Assembly: GCA_040006935.1 (NCBI GenBank)
Contig: JBDTVZ010000001.1
Location: forward strand, 359,772 to 423,771
Origin: Candidatus Dojkabacteria bacterium
GTDB lineage: Bacteria > Patescibacteriota > Dojkabacteria > J137
Direction of reading: 5' to 3'
Length of the DNA stretch: 64,000 bases
The translations under genes were made by a program, and so were the position numbers. A model generated the notes under the pieces. That model had not been told where the DNA came from and did not search any database. It worked only from the letters and a program-made list of their open reading frames with translations. Each line of letters starts with the position of its first letter. Within the stretch, counting starts at the first letter, position 1. This document shows positions 18,963 to 28,300 of this stretch, one piece after another.

Positions 18963-21497
18963 ATGTATATGGTTAAATTTAAAAGCAAATTACTACTATT
19001 AGTAACTGGTCTATTATTAGGTTCTCTTTTGTTACCTGTACAAAAAGTTTCCGCTGCATACTCTACAAGTGTAGGTTCACAAAGTATTTTTTCAATCACT
19101 TCCCCTGAAGTAAATTCTGTATTACCAGGAAGAGAGTGTAACGTTAGTACTATTGGTGGTTCACTTGGAGAAGGTATTGGCGGAGCAGCACAAACTATTG
19201 TAAGTAATAATTGGGATGCTGCATCTTGCGCAAATGCAAAAGGGGATACCGCAGGCCTTTCTCAAATATTGGATGGTCCTAGTGTACTTAACAGTGTTGG
19301 CAATGTTACTGCTGCAGTACTAAATCAAAGACCTGGAAGTGGTGTCGATTTTATACAAGAGAAAGTTTATGCAATCACCAATCCAGGATTAGTTTATGCT
19401 TCTACTAATCCAGAGCCTTCAACCTATTACCCTGGTGCTGGATCTGAACTATTAAGACCGATTCAAGGTTTCTGGGGGTGGTCTGTTAATTTAGTTTTTG
19501 GATTTTTGATTTTATTAATTATTGTAATTGCTTTTGCAATAATGTTTAGGCAAAGGCTTGGAGGTGCCGCAGAAGTGACTCTTCAGAATGCAATCCCCAG
19601 CATAGCACTTGCAATGATCTTAATTCCGTTAAGTTATGCAATTTCCGGCTTGTTTATTGATGCAATTACTTTAGGTACAAATGCTGTGCATGGATTTCTA
19701 CTAGGGCCACAATCTCCTGGAGCAGCAGTTTATGCAAATAGACCAAATAAAGATAAAGAAAATTGTGATTTACAAAATACTGACTTAGGAAACGGAGTAG
19801 ATTGCGATAGAGGTTTCTACGCAGATGATCCTTTAATTGATGTTTGGAGAGCTAAAGATAGAATTGATCTATCTGGCGCATCCACAACTATTGCACAAGG
19901 AATTTCGGATACACTTTCTCCAGGAAGTGGGGGAGTAAGTGCTAGGGCAATATTTAATTTTATAAGTTCAATTCTTAATTTTATTGGTGGAGGTGCAGCA
20001 GGATCCACAAATCAATACGCCTGGTTTGGGAATATTGTAAATATTGTAATAGGTTTACTTACAATTTGGATTGCTATTCAAATATTCTTTAAATTAATAG
20101 GTAAATATTTAACTTTAATTCTTTTCCCTGCATTTTCACCATTCATTTTTGCAACTGCTGCATTGCCAGGAAATGGAACAAAATCTATTGTTAGTTATTT
20201 AAAAACAATGGGTTCGGCAGCACTATTCTATATAGTTACTTACGCAATGTTTTTGCTAACTTTAATATTTACAGACCCTACTTTCCAAAATTCATTACCC
20301 GATTTTAGAACAAGCGGATATATTCCGCCTTTACTTGGTATTCAGGGAATAATAAAAACCTTAACAACAGGAGCAAACACATTCCCATTAACTCAATTAA
20401 TACTAACTTTAGTAGGTTTGGGAATATATTTCTCAATACCAAAAACATTAGATGGAATTGACGAAGCACTAGGAACAAAATTGGTAATACCACAATTATT
20501 AAAAACACCATTTGAAAGTATGCAAGAGAGCTTTAAAATCACAACACGAGCATTCCCATCTGCAGCTGCTACAGTTGCAAAAACTACTGCTGGTGGGGTA
20601 AGAGGTACTCTTTCCACAGCCACAAATGCTAGGTTTAATGTTCTTAGGGCCGTTCAAAGAGCACAAGGAATAGATGATAGTGACCCTAGGTCGGTTGCGT
20701 CTCAAAGAAGAAATGCCAATACTTTAAGAAGACAAAAGCTACTTGCAGATTTAGATAAAGCCGGAACAAATATCCCACAAAGGGCAGCAATACAAGCTCA
20801 ATTATCTCAATTAGATCTTGCTGAAGGTTTGCAGGGGAAAGAATTTAGTACCAAAGGAGAGGCAGATAAGGAAAGAGAGATTAAAGCGACATTCTCATGG
20901 TCAGGAACTGAGAAATTCCTTATTATTAAGACATCCGTTGCAGAGACTTGGAAAAAAGCTTCAAGGGGAGGTGCTTTTTTAACTCCTGAGTTAGGTGAAC
21001 TCTCTATTGAAGCAGTAAATTTTACTTTTCCTAATAGATTAAATCCACTTGAACTTATTGTAGGTACCGTAAATGAAGCAAGGAATATAGGATTACCCCT
21101 TCTTGGTACCAAAGAAATTTTTGAGAGTCCAATTAATGTTGGTGGTAGGGCACTTACTTTACGTAAAGCGAGAGCTCCTATCCCAGGTGATAAAATTCCA
21201 GGAAGTACTTTCCCTACTGAAGAAGGAGGTATTTTTGCTCCATTTAAAGTACCTGGTTCAGATGCATATATCGATTTATTTATTTCAGAAGATAATTCAT
21301 TTAACACTGATAATGGAAAAAAGATTAAATTTAAAATGAAGTTGTATTTCTCCAATACTAATGCAGTATTTGGTGCAGGAACTACTTTGGGTATCTTAGC
21401 TCCCGGTCAAGATGTTCCAACATCCAAAAGAGCTTTCAAATATGGGCCTTATGAATCTAACCCTGTAAATGCTGTTATACAATTAGTAAAAGATTAG
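18963..21497 (+). CDS. large secreted/polytopic membrane protein (844 aa), signal peptide plus about 6 TM helices and a C-terminal soluble region
   Basis: N-terminal signal peptide with AxA-like site, Cys-containing N-domain, TM cluster at aa ~170-480. Confidence 0.6.
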   Translation: MYMVKFKSKLLLLVTGLLLGSLLLPVQKVSAAYSTSVGSQSIFSITSPEVNSVLPGRECNVSTIGGSLGEGIGGAAQTIVSNNWDAASCANAKGDTAGLSQILDGPSVLNSVGNVTAAVLNQRPGSGVDFIQEKVYAITNPGLVYASTNPEPSTYYPGAGSELLRPIQGFWGWSVNLVFGFLILLIIVIAFAIMFRQRLGGAAEVTLQNAIPSIALAMILIPLSYAISGLFIDAITLGTNAVHGFLLGPQSPGAAVYANRPNKDKENCDLQNTDLGNGVDCDRGFYADDPLIDVWRAKDRIDLSGASTTIAQGISDTLSPGSGGVSARAIFNFISSILNFIGGGAAGSTNQYAWFGNIVNIVIGLLTIWIAIQIFFKLIGKYLTLILFPAFSPFIFATAALPGNGTKSIVSYLKTMGSAALFYIVTYAMFLLTLIFTDPTFQNSLPDFRTSGYIPPLLGIQGIIKTLTTGANTFPLTQLILTLVGLGIYFSIPKTLDGIDEALGTKLVIPQLLKTPFESMQESFKITTRAFPSAAATVAKTTAGGVRGTLSTATNARFNVLRAVQRAQGIDDSDPRSVASQRRNANTLRRQKLLADLDKAGTNIPQRAAIQAQLSQLDLAEGLQGKEFSTKGEADKEREIKATFSWSGTEKFLIIKTSVAETWKKASRGGAFLTPELGELSIEAVNFTFPNRLNPLELIVGTVNEARNIGLPLLGTKEIFESPINVGGRALTLRKARAPIPGDKIPGSTFPTEEGGIFAPFKVPGSDAYIDLFISEDNSFNTDNGKKIKFKMKLYFSNTNAVFGAGTTLGILAPGQDVPTSKRAFKYGPYESNPVNAVIQLVKD

Positions 21498-21556
21498 TAA
21501 TGTATAAAAATAATTCTTCTAGTGTATAATTTCTCTAAATATAATTTACAATACCC

Positions 21557-24181
21557 ATGATAGACTTAGAAGGAAATCCTAAAGTACAAGAAATGTTGGG
21601 GACTGCTCCTGCTAGTCAAACAGAAAAGGATAAGGCAGAAGCAATTCAAAAGACACTTGAGAAACTCAGAGAATTAGTTGGGAAAGCACTAGGCGTACCA
21701 GCTACAGTAATTCCTATTTTTGCAGTAGCTTCATTGCTCACTGGGAATCCAATACCTATAGCTGCCTTAGGAATTGTTGGTGCAATGGGCACAGGTTACT
21801 TAGTATATGATGGATATAAATTAATACAAAAACAAGAAAAAGACTTAACTCCCGTTGAGCAGGAAAGAGTAAAGAATCCTATAGAAACTGCCATTGATAT
21901 TGTGAAAAAACCCTTCTCTCTAGGTGGAAGTGCACTTATGAATCTTTCTAGTATTGCCGACCCTGACGGAAAGGGTTTAATAACTAGGTTTGTTAATTTT
22001 ATAGAGAAGAGAGGTGAAGGTGATGTTCCAAAAGAGATAAAGACACTTCTATCCATTTATAAAACCGGTATAGATGCTGTAACATTCCCAATAAAAGCCA
22101 CAGTCACTTTATGGGGAGTTGCTGCTGCAGGTATTCAATTAATTACTACATACAGAGGTTCCTTGCAGGCAGAAGCAAGAGATGCAGCCAAAAGTAAGGA
22201 GGCTGAGGAATTAAAAGCAATTGAAGATGCACTTAGAAAAAGTAAAGACGATGGTCTAGAATTCGAGAGAAACTTAGATCTTGCTTTCTACGAAGAAAGC
22301 TCTTTAGAACTCACAGAAAGCCAGCAATTCATCTTTAAACAAAAAGCCACAGATTTCATTCCAGTTTCAAATGATAAAACTATCGAAGAAAAAAATAAAA
22401 ATTACAGGGACATATTAATTAACGATAATTTGTTGGGGCAATTTGAAATTCCACTTAATGAGGCCGAAAATATTAATTATTGGTCTAAGAATATTGATAT
22501 ACGTAAAGGTATAACAGAAACAATTAGAGGTTTGTCAGGTAAAAATATAAAGGATAACGACCCAAATAAAACCGCAGAGTATGTAATAGACACAATGGAT
22601 GTGAATACATCTTCTAAAGGCTTGTTGGATTTCTATTACTTCTTAAGTGGTAATATCGACATGCTAACACCTAAACAAAAAGATAGGTTGAACCAGTTTT
22701 TTCAACAATGGTATGGTGTTCCTTTCGACCAACACTCACAGAATCCTCATCTTGTAAAATTTGTAGATCGACTAGCCAGAGAAGTTCTTCTCATGTATAG
22801 AAAAATAAGTATTGATGATAAGAACTCTCTTGAGGTACAACTAACACAGCAAGATGAATTAGTTGAGATGGTGGAAATGCAAATTGCTAATCCTGATTTT
22901 CTACCGAAATATAAAGATCTTTGGCTTGCAGGCGCAGGTGTTTCAGTAGGAGGAAGAGATGCATTACAACCTCAGAATACAAATGACCCTGTAAATTATT
23001 TTAGATGGATTACGATTCCCACGGTTGCGGAGGTTGATTCAGAAATCCAGAGGAATACAGGCCTAAGAACACAGCTTCAATCCCAATTTGCTCAAACAGA
23101 TTTCCCAATAAAAATGGCACACATTGTAACCTTAGATGAAGCAGAAACGGAAAATGCGTTGGAATCGATTTGTAGAATGAATCCAAAAGAAAATGAATTA
23201 TTCTTTAGATTAACAAAAGAAATAATTACTGATCCATCCTTAGCACAACAGATTAAATTGTATTTTAATACTTTCTTTAAGACAAATCCTTCATCAATCG
23301 ACGATACTAAGTTAGATCAGGTAATTAATAATAATGCACTAAAACAAGAAGTCCGTAATTTATTTAAAGAAATGAAAAGTTTAAAAGATAATACTAAATA
23401 TTTTCAAACAATTTCTAATGCAGTTACGGAATTTCTACTTCAACCTACTGTGGTTTCTCCTATTATGTTAGTGGTTGAAACTAGTCCATATTTTGAAGCT
23501 ATTTACGAATACTATGGTGGAAATGTTACAGATTTCTATGTTGAATTACAAAAGTACACATTAGGAACACCTAACTATAAGGCTTTGCAAGATCGAATAA
23601 TTGATAAACTTACAAATAATATCTACACACTTGATCAATTAAAAATTATTGTGGGTGATCCAGTCCAAAAAGCGGCATTACGTATAGCGCGAAATGATCA
23701 TTTTGAAAATGTTATAAGAGGTAATGTTTTGATTGAAGAAAATCTTTTTGGCCCGGAGGGTAGAGACCATATGAAATATTTAGATACACTTTCTGATGAG
23801 TTAGTTACATTAGGAATAATAGCAAGTAAAGATGAAATCTTACTACTTATTCCAGATATCGATGTTCAAGGTAAAGCTCCCTTAACCATTGCTGAGGTTG
23901 AACAAAATACACCAATAGGTACACAGTTAATCCGGGTAACGCAAGAAATTTTAAATAAATTTATGAATGCTACTGACGTAGTTGAGAAAGCAAAACTTTT
24001 AGAAATAAGCCAATTGTTAAATTCTATAGGTGCATTTGGTCGATTAGTTGGAGTAAATCCAAATCAAATTCAAGTAGACTATGAGCCGAAAGTATTATTG
24101 AAATATTTAAATGGGGTAAAAGTAGGAGGTACAGATAACGAAGCTATCTTCGCTAAACACCCTTACGGTTACGAGATCTAA
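21557..24181 (+). CDS. large hypothetical protein (874 aa) with N-terminal TM hairpin
   Basis: ORF starting 60 nt after the previous gene; no enzymatic motifs. Confidence 0.6.
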   Translation: MIDLEGNPKVQEMLGTAPASQTEKDKAEAIQKTLEKLRELVGKALGVPATVIPIFAVASLLTGNPIPIAALGIVGAMGTGYLVYDGYKLIQKQEKDLTPVEQERVKNPIETAIDIVKKPFSLGGSALMNLSSIADPDGKGLITRFVNFIEKRGEGDVPKEIKTLLSIYKTGIDAVTFPIKATVTLWGVAAAGIQLITTYRGSLQAEARDAAKSKEAEELKAIEDALRKSKDDGLEFERNLDLAFYEESSLELTESQQFIFKQKATDFIPVSNDKTIEEKNKNYRDILINDNLLGQFEIPLNEAENINYWSKNIDIRKGITETIRGLSGKNIKDNDPNKTAEYVIDTMDVNTSSKGLLDFYYFLSGNIDMLTPKQKDRLNQFFQQWYGVPFDQHSQNPHLVKFVDRLAREVLLMYRKISIDDKNSLEVQLTQQDELVEMVEMQIANPDFLPKYKDLWLAGAGVSVGGRDALQPQNTNDPVNYFRWITIPTVAEVDSEIQRNTGLRTQLQSQFAQTDFPIKMAHIVTLDEAETENALESICRMNPKENELFFRLTKEIITDPSLAQQIKLYFNTFFKTNPSSIDDTKLDQVINNNALKQEVRNLFKEMKSLKDNTKYFQTISNAVTEFLLQPTVVSPIMLVVETSPYFEAIYEYYGGNVTDFYVELQKYTLGTPNYKALQDRIIDKLTNNIYTLDQLKIIVGDPVQKAALRIARNDHFENVIRGNVLIEENLFGPEGRDHMKYLDTLSDELVTLGIIASKDEILLLIPDIDVQGKAPLTIAEVEQNTPIGTQLIRVTQEILNKFMNATDVVEKAKLLEISQLLNSIGAFGRLVGVNPNQIQVDYEPKVLLKYLNGVKVGGTDNEAIFAKHPYGYEI

Positions 24182-24793
24182 TTACAGTTTCTTCTTTCTG
24201 CTTAAGTACAGTCTATAGAATAGATACAACACAATCGCCATCACTACCAAAACCCCTATCCCAATCTCAAACTGACGCATTAGTGTTAACAACTTATCCC
24301 AAGCCTCGCCGAGTAGAGAAGATACAAATGCTAACAGAAAACACCACAGGAAAGCTCCTGTAAAAGTATAAAATGCAAATTTAGAATAATTTATTTTTAA
24401 TATTCCAGCAGGTAAAGAAACAAAGGTTCTAACTACTGGTAAAAGTTGTGAAAAGAAAACAATCTTATCTCCATATTTTATAAACCATTTATCAACCCTT
24501 TTAAATTTCTCTTCATCAAAGTGCACTCTATGGCCGTGTTTTTGTAATACTGGCCTCCCACCTTTTGCTCCTATTGTATACATTATCGTTGAGCCGATAA
24601 TATTTCCAATTGCTCCAGCAAAGGCTACTAGAAAAAGATTCAATTCTCCTTTATAAACTAAATAACCACCAATACCCATAATTACTTCTGATGGTAGCGG
24701 AATGCTCGCAGATTCTATTGTCATTGCAAGAATAACTCCCAAGTAGCCTAATGATGAAACCAAACTAATTATCCATTGTGTTATTGAGAACAT
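24182..24793 (-). CDS. DedA-family membrane protein
   Basis: DedA signature region GIGGYLV...FFSQLLPVVRTFVSLPAG. Confidence 0.8.
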   Translation of the reverse strand: MFSITQWIISLVSSLGYLGVILAMTIESASIPLPSEVIMGIGGYLVYKGELNLFLVAFAGAIGNIIGSTIMYTIGAKGGRPVLQKHGHRVHFDEEKFKRVDKWFIKYGDKIVFFSQLLPVVRTFVSLPAGILKINYSKFAFYTFTGAFLWCFLLAFVSSLLGEAWDKLLTLMRQFEIGIGVLVVMAIVLYLFYRLYLSRKKKL

Positions 24794-24794
24794 A

Positions 24795-27350
24795 TTATCT
24801 TAAAAATTTTTTTGTAATTTTACCTAAACCAAAAACTGCAATGAATGCTGCTACAGAAATTACTAGTATTTGTATGTGCATTTCGGCGGGAATTCGAACC
24901 ACTTTATAATACTCTCTAAATGGAAAAATAAAAGCAATAGTAACAACAATAATTATACCCAGCGAAACTCCGACAATACTTTTCAATTTTAGATTTGAGT
25001 AGGTTTTGAGGAAAATTGCAACTAAAAGCACTCCAAGCCCAGCAATCAATATTAATGCAACATTAGCAATAGAGTTATCATCCAAATTGATTGGTAAAAT
25101 AGTTTGATATATTCCTACACCTAGCAAAACTAGATAAATTATTATCGGAGAGATTATATCTCTTAATTTCCCCGCTTCCCATATAAGATATAGTGAATAT
25201 ATAAGACTGATTGAAAGTACAAATACTACAAGTCCAGTATTGATCTTATCCTGTGTGAGTCCCACAAAATCAAACATATAGAATACTAAAGTTATAAAGA
25301 GGAAGAATAAGAAACTCATTGGAATAGATGATGCCAAAACATCTTTAAAGAATGCAATTTTTTCTCGGACTTGTTGCCTTGTAAATATCACAACATAACT
25401 AGGTGCGCTTGTTCCTAGAAAGCTGAAGATTAGAGTAGAGGATGGATTAATCGGGATATTTCTTCTTATTAATGCAAAAAACAACGCTAAGAATATTACA
25501 AAGAATGACTTAACTAAAAACATTTTTGTAGAAATTTTTAGATTGAAAAGAATATTGTCTCCTTCGAAAAATATTTCTGGAATTTTTTGATAATCATTAT
25601 TTAGAAGTACAATGTCTGCAACATCACGCGCAATTTTTGCTCCACTTTCCATAGCAATGGAAACATTCGCAGCTTTTAAGGCAAGTACATCGTTAATTCC
25701 ATCTCCCACCATTGCAACTGTTTCTCCTTGGCTTTTTAGAATATTAATTATCTTCAACTTATCCTCTGGCTTAGCACGTGTGAATATGGACTTACTCATT
25801 ACTAAGTTTATTAAATCTTGATTATTTTCATCATTCTTAATGCCTTCGATTTCAGATAAATCTACAACTTGATTAACGTCTAGTCCTAATTTTTGAACAA
25901 TTCTTGTAACAGAAATTTTACTATCTCCAGAAATTATTTTTACTTTAATTCCTTGATCAGCAAAAGATTTTAATAGATTGCCAATGCCTGGATTTAATGT
26001 TTCTTCGATTATAAACATTACAATTTTATCAGTTTTGAAATTTAGAGGTTTATCGACACTGACTTTATTTTCACTATCCTCAAAATACAATCCAAGCAAA
26101 ACTCTAAAACCTTCTTGTTCTTTGGAAAGAATTAAATTTTGTAACTCTTTTTTAAAACTAGTTTCCACACAAGATAATAAGACGGAAGGAGCTCCTAAAG
26201 TTAGAACAATTTTCTTCCTGGCTGATTTTCCCAAGATTTGGCTAAACTTTTGTTTTGAAGTAAATGGAACTTGATCAAAATCAGAGATTTCTTTTTTGTC
26301 AAAACTCTTGTAGTATTTATTAATTACTTCTTGTGTTTTATTAACTCCAACCAATTTTGCACGAACCGAATTATAAAAAGTTCCAAAAATATTTTCTTTT
26401 AAATTGAAATATTGAACATCCTTAATCTTCATTTCGTTTGTAGTTATTGTTCCAGTTTTATCCAAACAAATTGCAGTAACATTAGATAAATCTTCAATGC
26501 TTCCACCTTTTTGGACTAGAACTCCTTTTCGATAAAGTTTAGTAATTGAAATAGTGAATGATAGTGTAAAAAGGAAAATTAAAGTCTGCGGAATAATTAA
26601 TGTAATTACAGTTGTTAAAGAGAGCAGACTAGTTTGCTGTGATGAGCCAATTGCTTGGCTAGTTAAATAACTTATAACACCACAAAATAGAGATGCTATA
26701 ACTAAAAAAGTGATTAGCTTATCTGAATTTGACTGTAATGGACTTTTACTTTCCTTATAAGTTGAAGCTTCGGTTCCTAACTTATTTAAATAATTACTCT
26801 TTCCAACACTTTCAACTTTATAATAACAATTGCCAGTAATAATGAAACTTCCAGAAAAGACTTTTTCTGTCACATGCTTTCTAATATAGTTAGATTCTCC
26901 AGTTAACATCGAATCATCTAGCTGTAGATAATTCTCTTCAATAATCTCACCATCCGCAATAATGCTTTCCCCTTCGTTTGCCTTAATAATATCTCCTTGT
27001 ACAACTTCACTTACAGGAAGAGTAATCTCTTCTGAATTTCGAATGGCAACAACAGTAAGCTGGAATTGGGATTTAAGTTTATCCAAAGTACGTTTTATCC
27101 TAATTTCATCAAGAGCCGAAATAACAGTATTAACTATTAGGAAAGTCGCAAAAGCCAATATTTCCGTATATAATCTAAAACTTCCAAGTGCTACAAGCAA
27201 AGGGATAACTATAATATTAATAAGACTAAATAAATTCTTAATAATTATCTTAAAATATGTTGGAGAATAAGAATCAATAACTTGATTCGAAAGTCCTAAA
27301 GACTTCTTCTTTTCCACTTCTTTTGAAGTCAATCCTTTTATTGTTTGCAT
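24795..27350 (-). CDS. cation-transporting P-type ATPase
   Basis: TGES, DKTGTIT, and MVGDGINDVLALK (GDGxND) motifs; about 10 TM helices. Confidence 0.9.
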   Translation of the reverse strand: MQTIKGLTSKEVEKKKSLGLSNQVIDSYSPTYFKIIIKNLFSLINIIVIPLLVALGSFRLYTEILAFATFLIVNTVISALDEIRIKRTLDKLKSQFQLTVVAIRNSEEITLPVSEVVQGDIIKANEGESIIADGEIIEENYLQLDDSMLTGESNYIRKHVTEKVFSGSFIITGNCYYKVESVGKSNYLNKLGTEASTYKESKSPLQSNSDKLITFLVIASLFCGVISYLTSQAIGSSQQTSLLSLTTVITLIIPQTLIFLFTLSFTISITKLYRKGVLVQKGGSIEDLSNVTAICLDKTGTITTNEMKIKDVQYFNLKENIFGTFYNSVRAKLVGVNKTQEVINKYYKSFDKKEISDFDQVPFTSKQKFSQILGKSARKKIVLTLGAPSVLLSCVETSFKKELQNLILSKEQEGFRVLLGLYFEDSENKVSVDKPLNFKTDKIVMFIIEETLNPGIGNLLKSFADQGIKVKIISGDSKISVTRIVQKLGLDVNQVVDLSEIEGIKNDENNQDLINLVMSKSIFTRAKPEDKLKIINILKSQGETVAMVGDGINDVLALKAANVSIAMESGAKIARDVADIVLLNNDYQKIPEIFFEGDNILFNLKISTKMFLVKSFFVIFLALFFALIRRNIPINPSSTLIFSFLGTSAPSYVVIFTRQQVREKIAFFKDVLASSIPMSFLFFLFITLVFYMFDFVGLTQDKINTGLVVFVLSISLIYSLYLIWEAGKLRDIISPIIIYLVLLGVGIYQTILPINLDDNSIANVALILIAGLGVLLVAIFLKTYSNLKLKSIVGVSLGIIIVVTIAFIFPFREYYKVVRIPAEMHIQILVISVAAFIAVFGLGKITKKFLR

Positions 27351-27430
27351 TTTAAATCAGTTAAAGCCAATATCTGTTAATATTATCATAAGCTGATTGC
27401 TTAATGAACCTTATTAATTATCAATAAAAT

Positions 27431-27934
27431 ATGAATCATACAGACGAGAAATTACTTTTAGAAATAATATTAGAACATACTAGGAATAAGAGAGTCTTAG
27501 ACTTAACTGGTGGGATGTACACATTAGACTTAATCGAAAACGGTGCATCCGAAGTAATGGTAAACGAGAATAGAAAATCAGAAGTGACTAAATTAAAGAA
27601 AATGTCTGAAAGTGAAGTCAAGATAAGTCTTATGGATTTAGAATTTACAGAGTTTATTGAACTTTGTGAAGAAATTCATGAGAAGTTTGATTTGATAGTT
27701 TTCCACGATGATAGATTCCTCAACACAGATTTTGATTTACAGAAAGAACATAAGGAAATTATTCGTCAACTGCAAAATGAACTATTAAATGATGCCGGAA
27801 TTTTATTCTTTATAGTTAGGCAAAGTACCTTCATTTTGGATGACTATTTAAAACCCGGAGCAGACAAGTTAACTAAAAAGTTAAACGTTGATCCAGAAAA
27901 AAGAGCATTCCAATGCTGGGCATTTTATAATTGA
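27431..27934 (+). CDS. hypothetical protein, weakly methyltransferase-like (VLDLTGG)
   Basis: ORF only. Confidence 0.4.
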   Translation: MNHTDEKLLLEIILEHTRNKRVLDLTGGMYTLDLIENGASEVMVNENRKSEVTKLKKMSESEVKISLMDLEFTEFIELCEEIHEKFDLIVFHDDRFLNTDFDLQKEHKEIIRQLQNELLNDAGILFFIVRQSTFILDDYLKPGADKLTKKLNVDPEKRAFQCWAFYN

Positions 27935-27960
27935 CACCTTGGTGTCATTGCTTGACATTA

Positions 27961-28062
27961 CCACCTCATTTACTCTTGTAGCAGTTTGATACTGCATGAG
28001 TTAGATTACTCTTTGATCCTGGCATTTTACGAGGGACGCATAAATGCGTCCCCTACGAATCC
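27961..28062 (-). repeat. composite repeat family A copy in inverted orientation (ends ...GAGGGACGCATAAATGCGTCCCCTACGAATC)
   Basis: Reverse complement of 6172-6275. Confidence 0.75.
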
Positions 28063-28082
28063 CAGAATCTCGGAAAATGTCA

Positions 28083-28106
28083 CCTGCATGACTACGCACG
28101 CAGGCA
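28083..28106. repeat. hairpin CCTGCATGACTACGCACGCAGGCA
   Basis: Near-identical copy at 59036-59059. Confidence 0.6.
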
Positions 28107-28192
28107 CGGTGCCTGGACCCCACATGTCTCTTGTGAGGTAATGCTCCCCGTCAAGGGGGAGGTAGGAGGGGTTCTGCTGACTTGGACCCAGA

Positions 28193-28250
28193 GGTGCAAA
28201 TCTACACCTCCTCTCCCTTTGGGGTCGTCGTGTACCTTTGAACGGCCATA
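28193..28250. repeat. family D element (GCAAATCTACACCTCC...GTCGTCGTGTACCTTTG..GGCCAT)
   Basis: Similar copy at 41863-41930. Confidence 0.6.
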
Positions 28251-28300
28251 TTCATCTTCTATAATAAAATGTTAAAATAATTTCAATTACTATTAGATTT

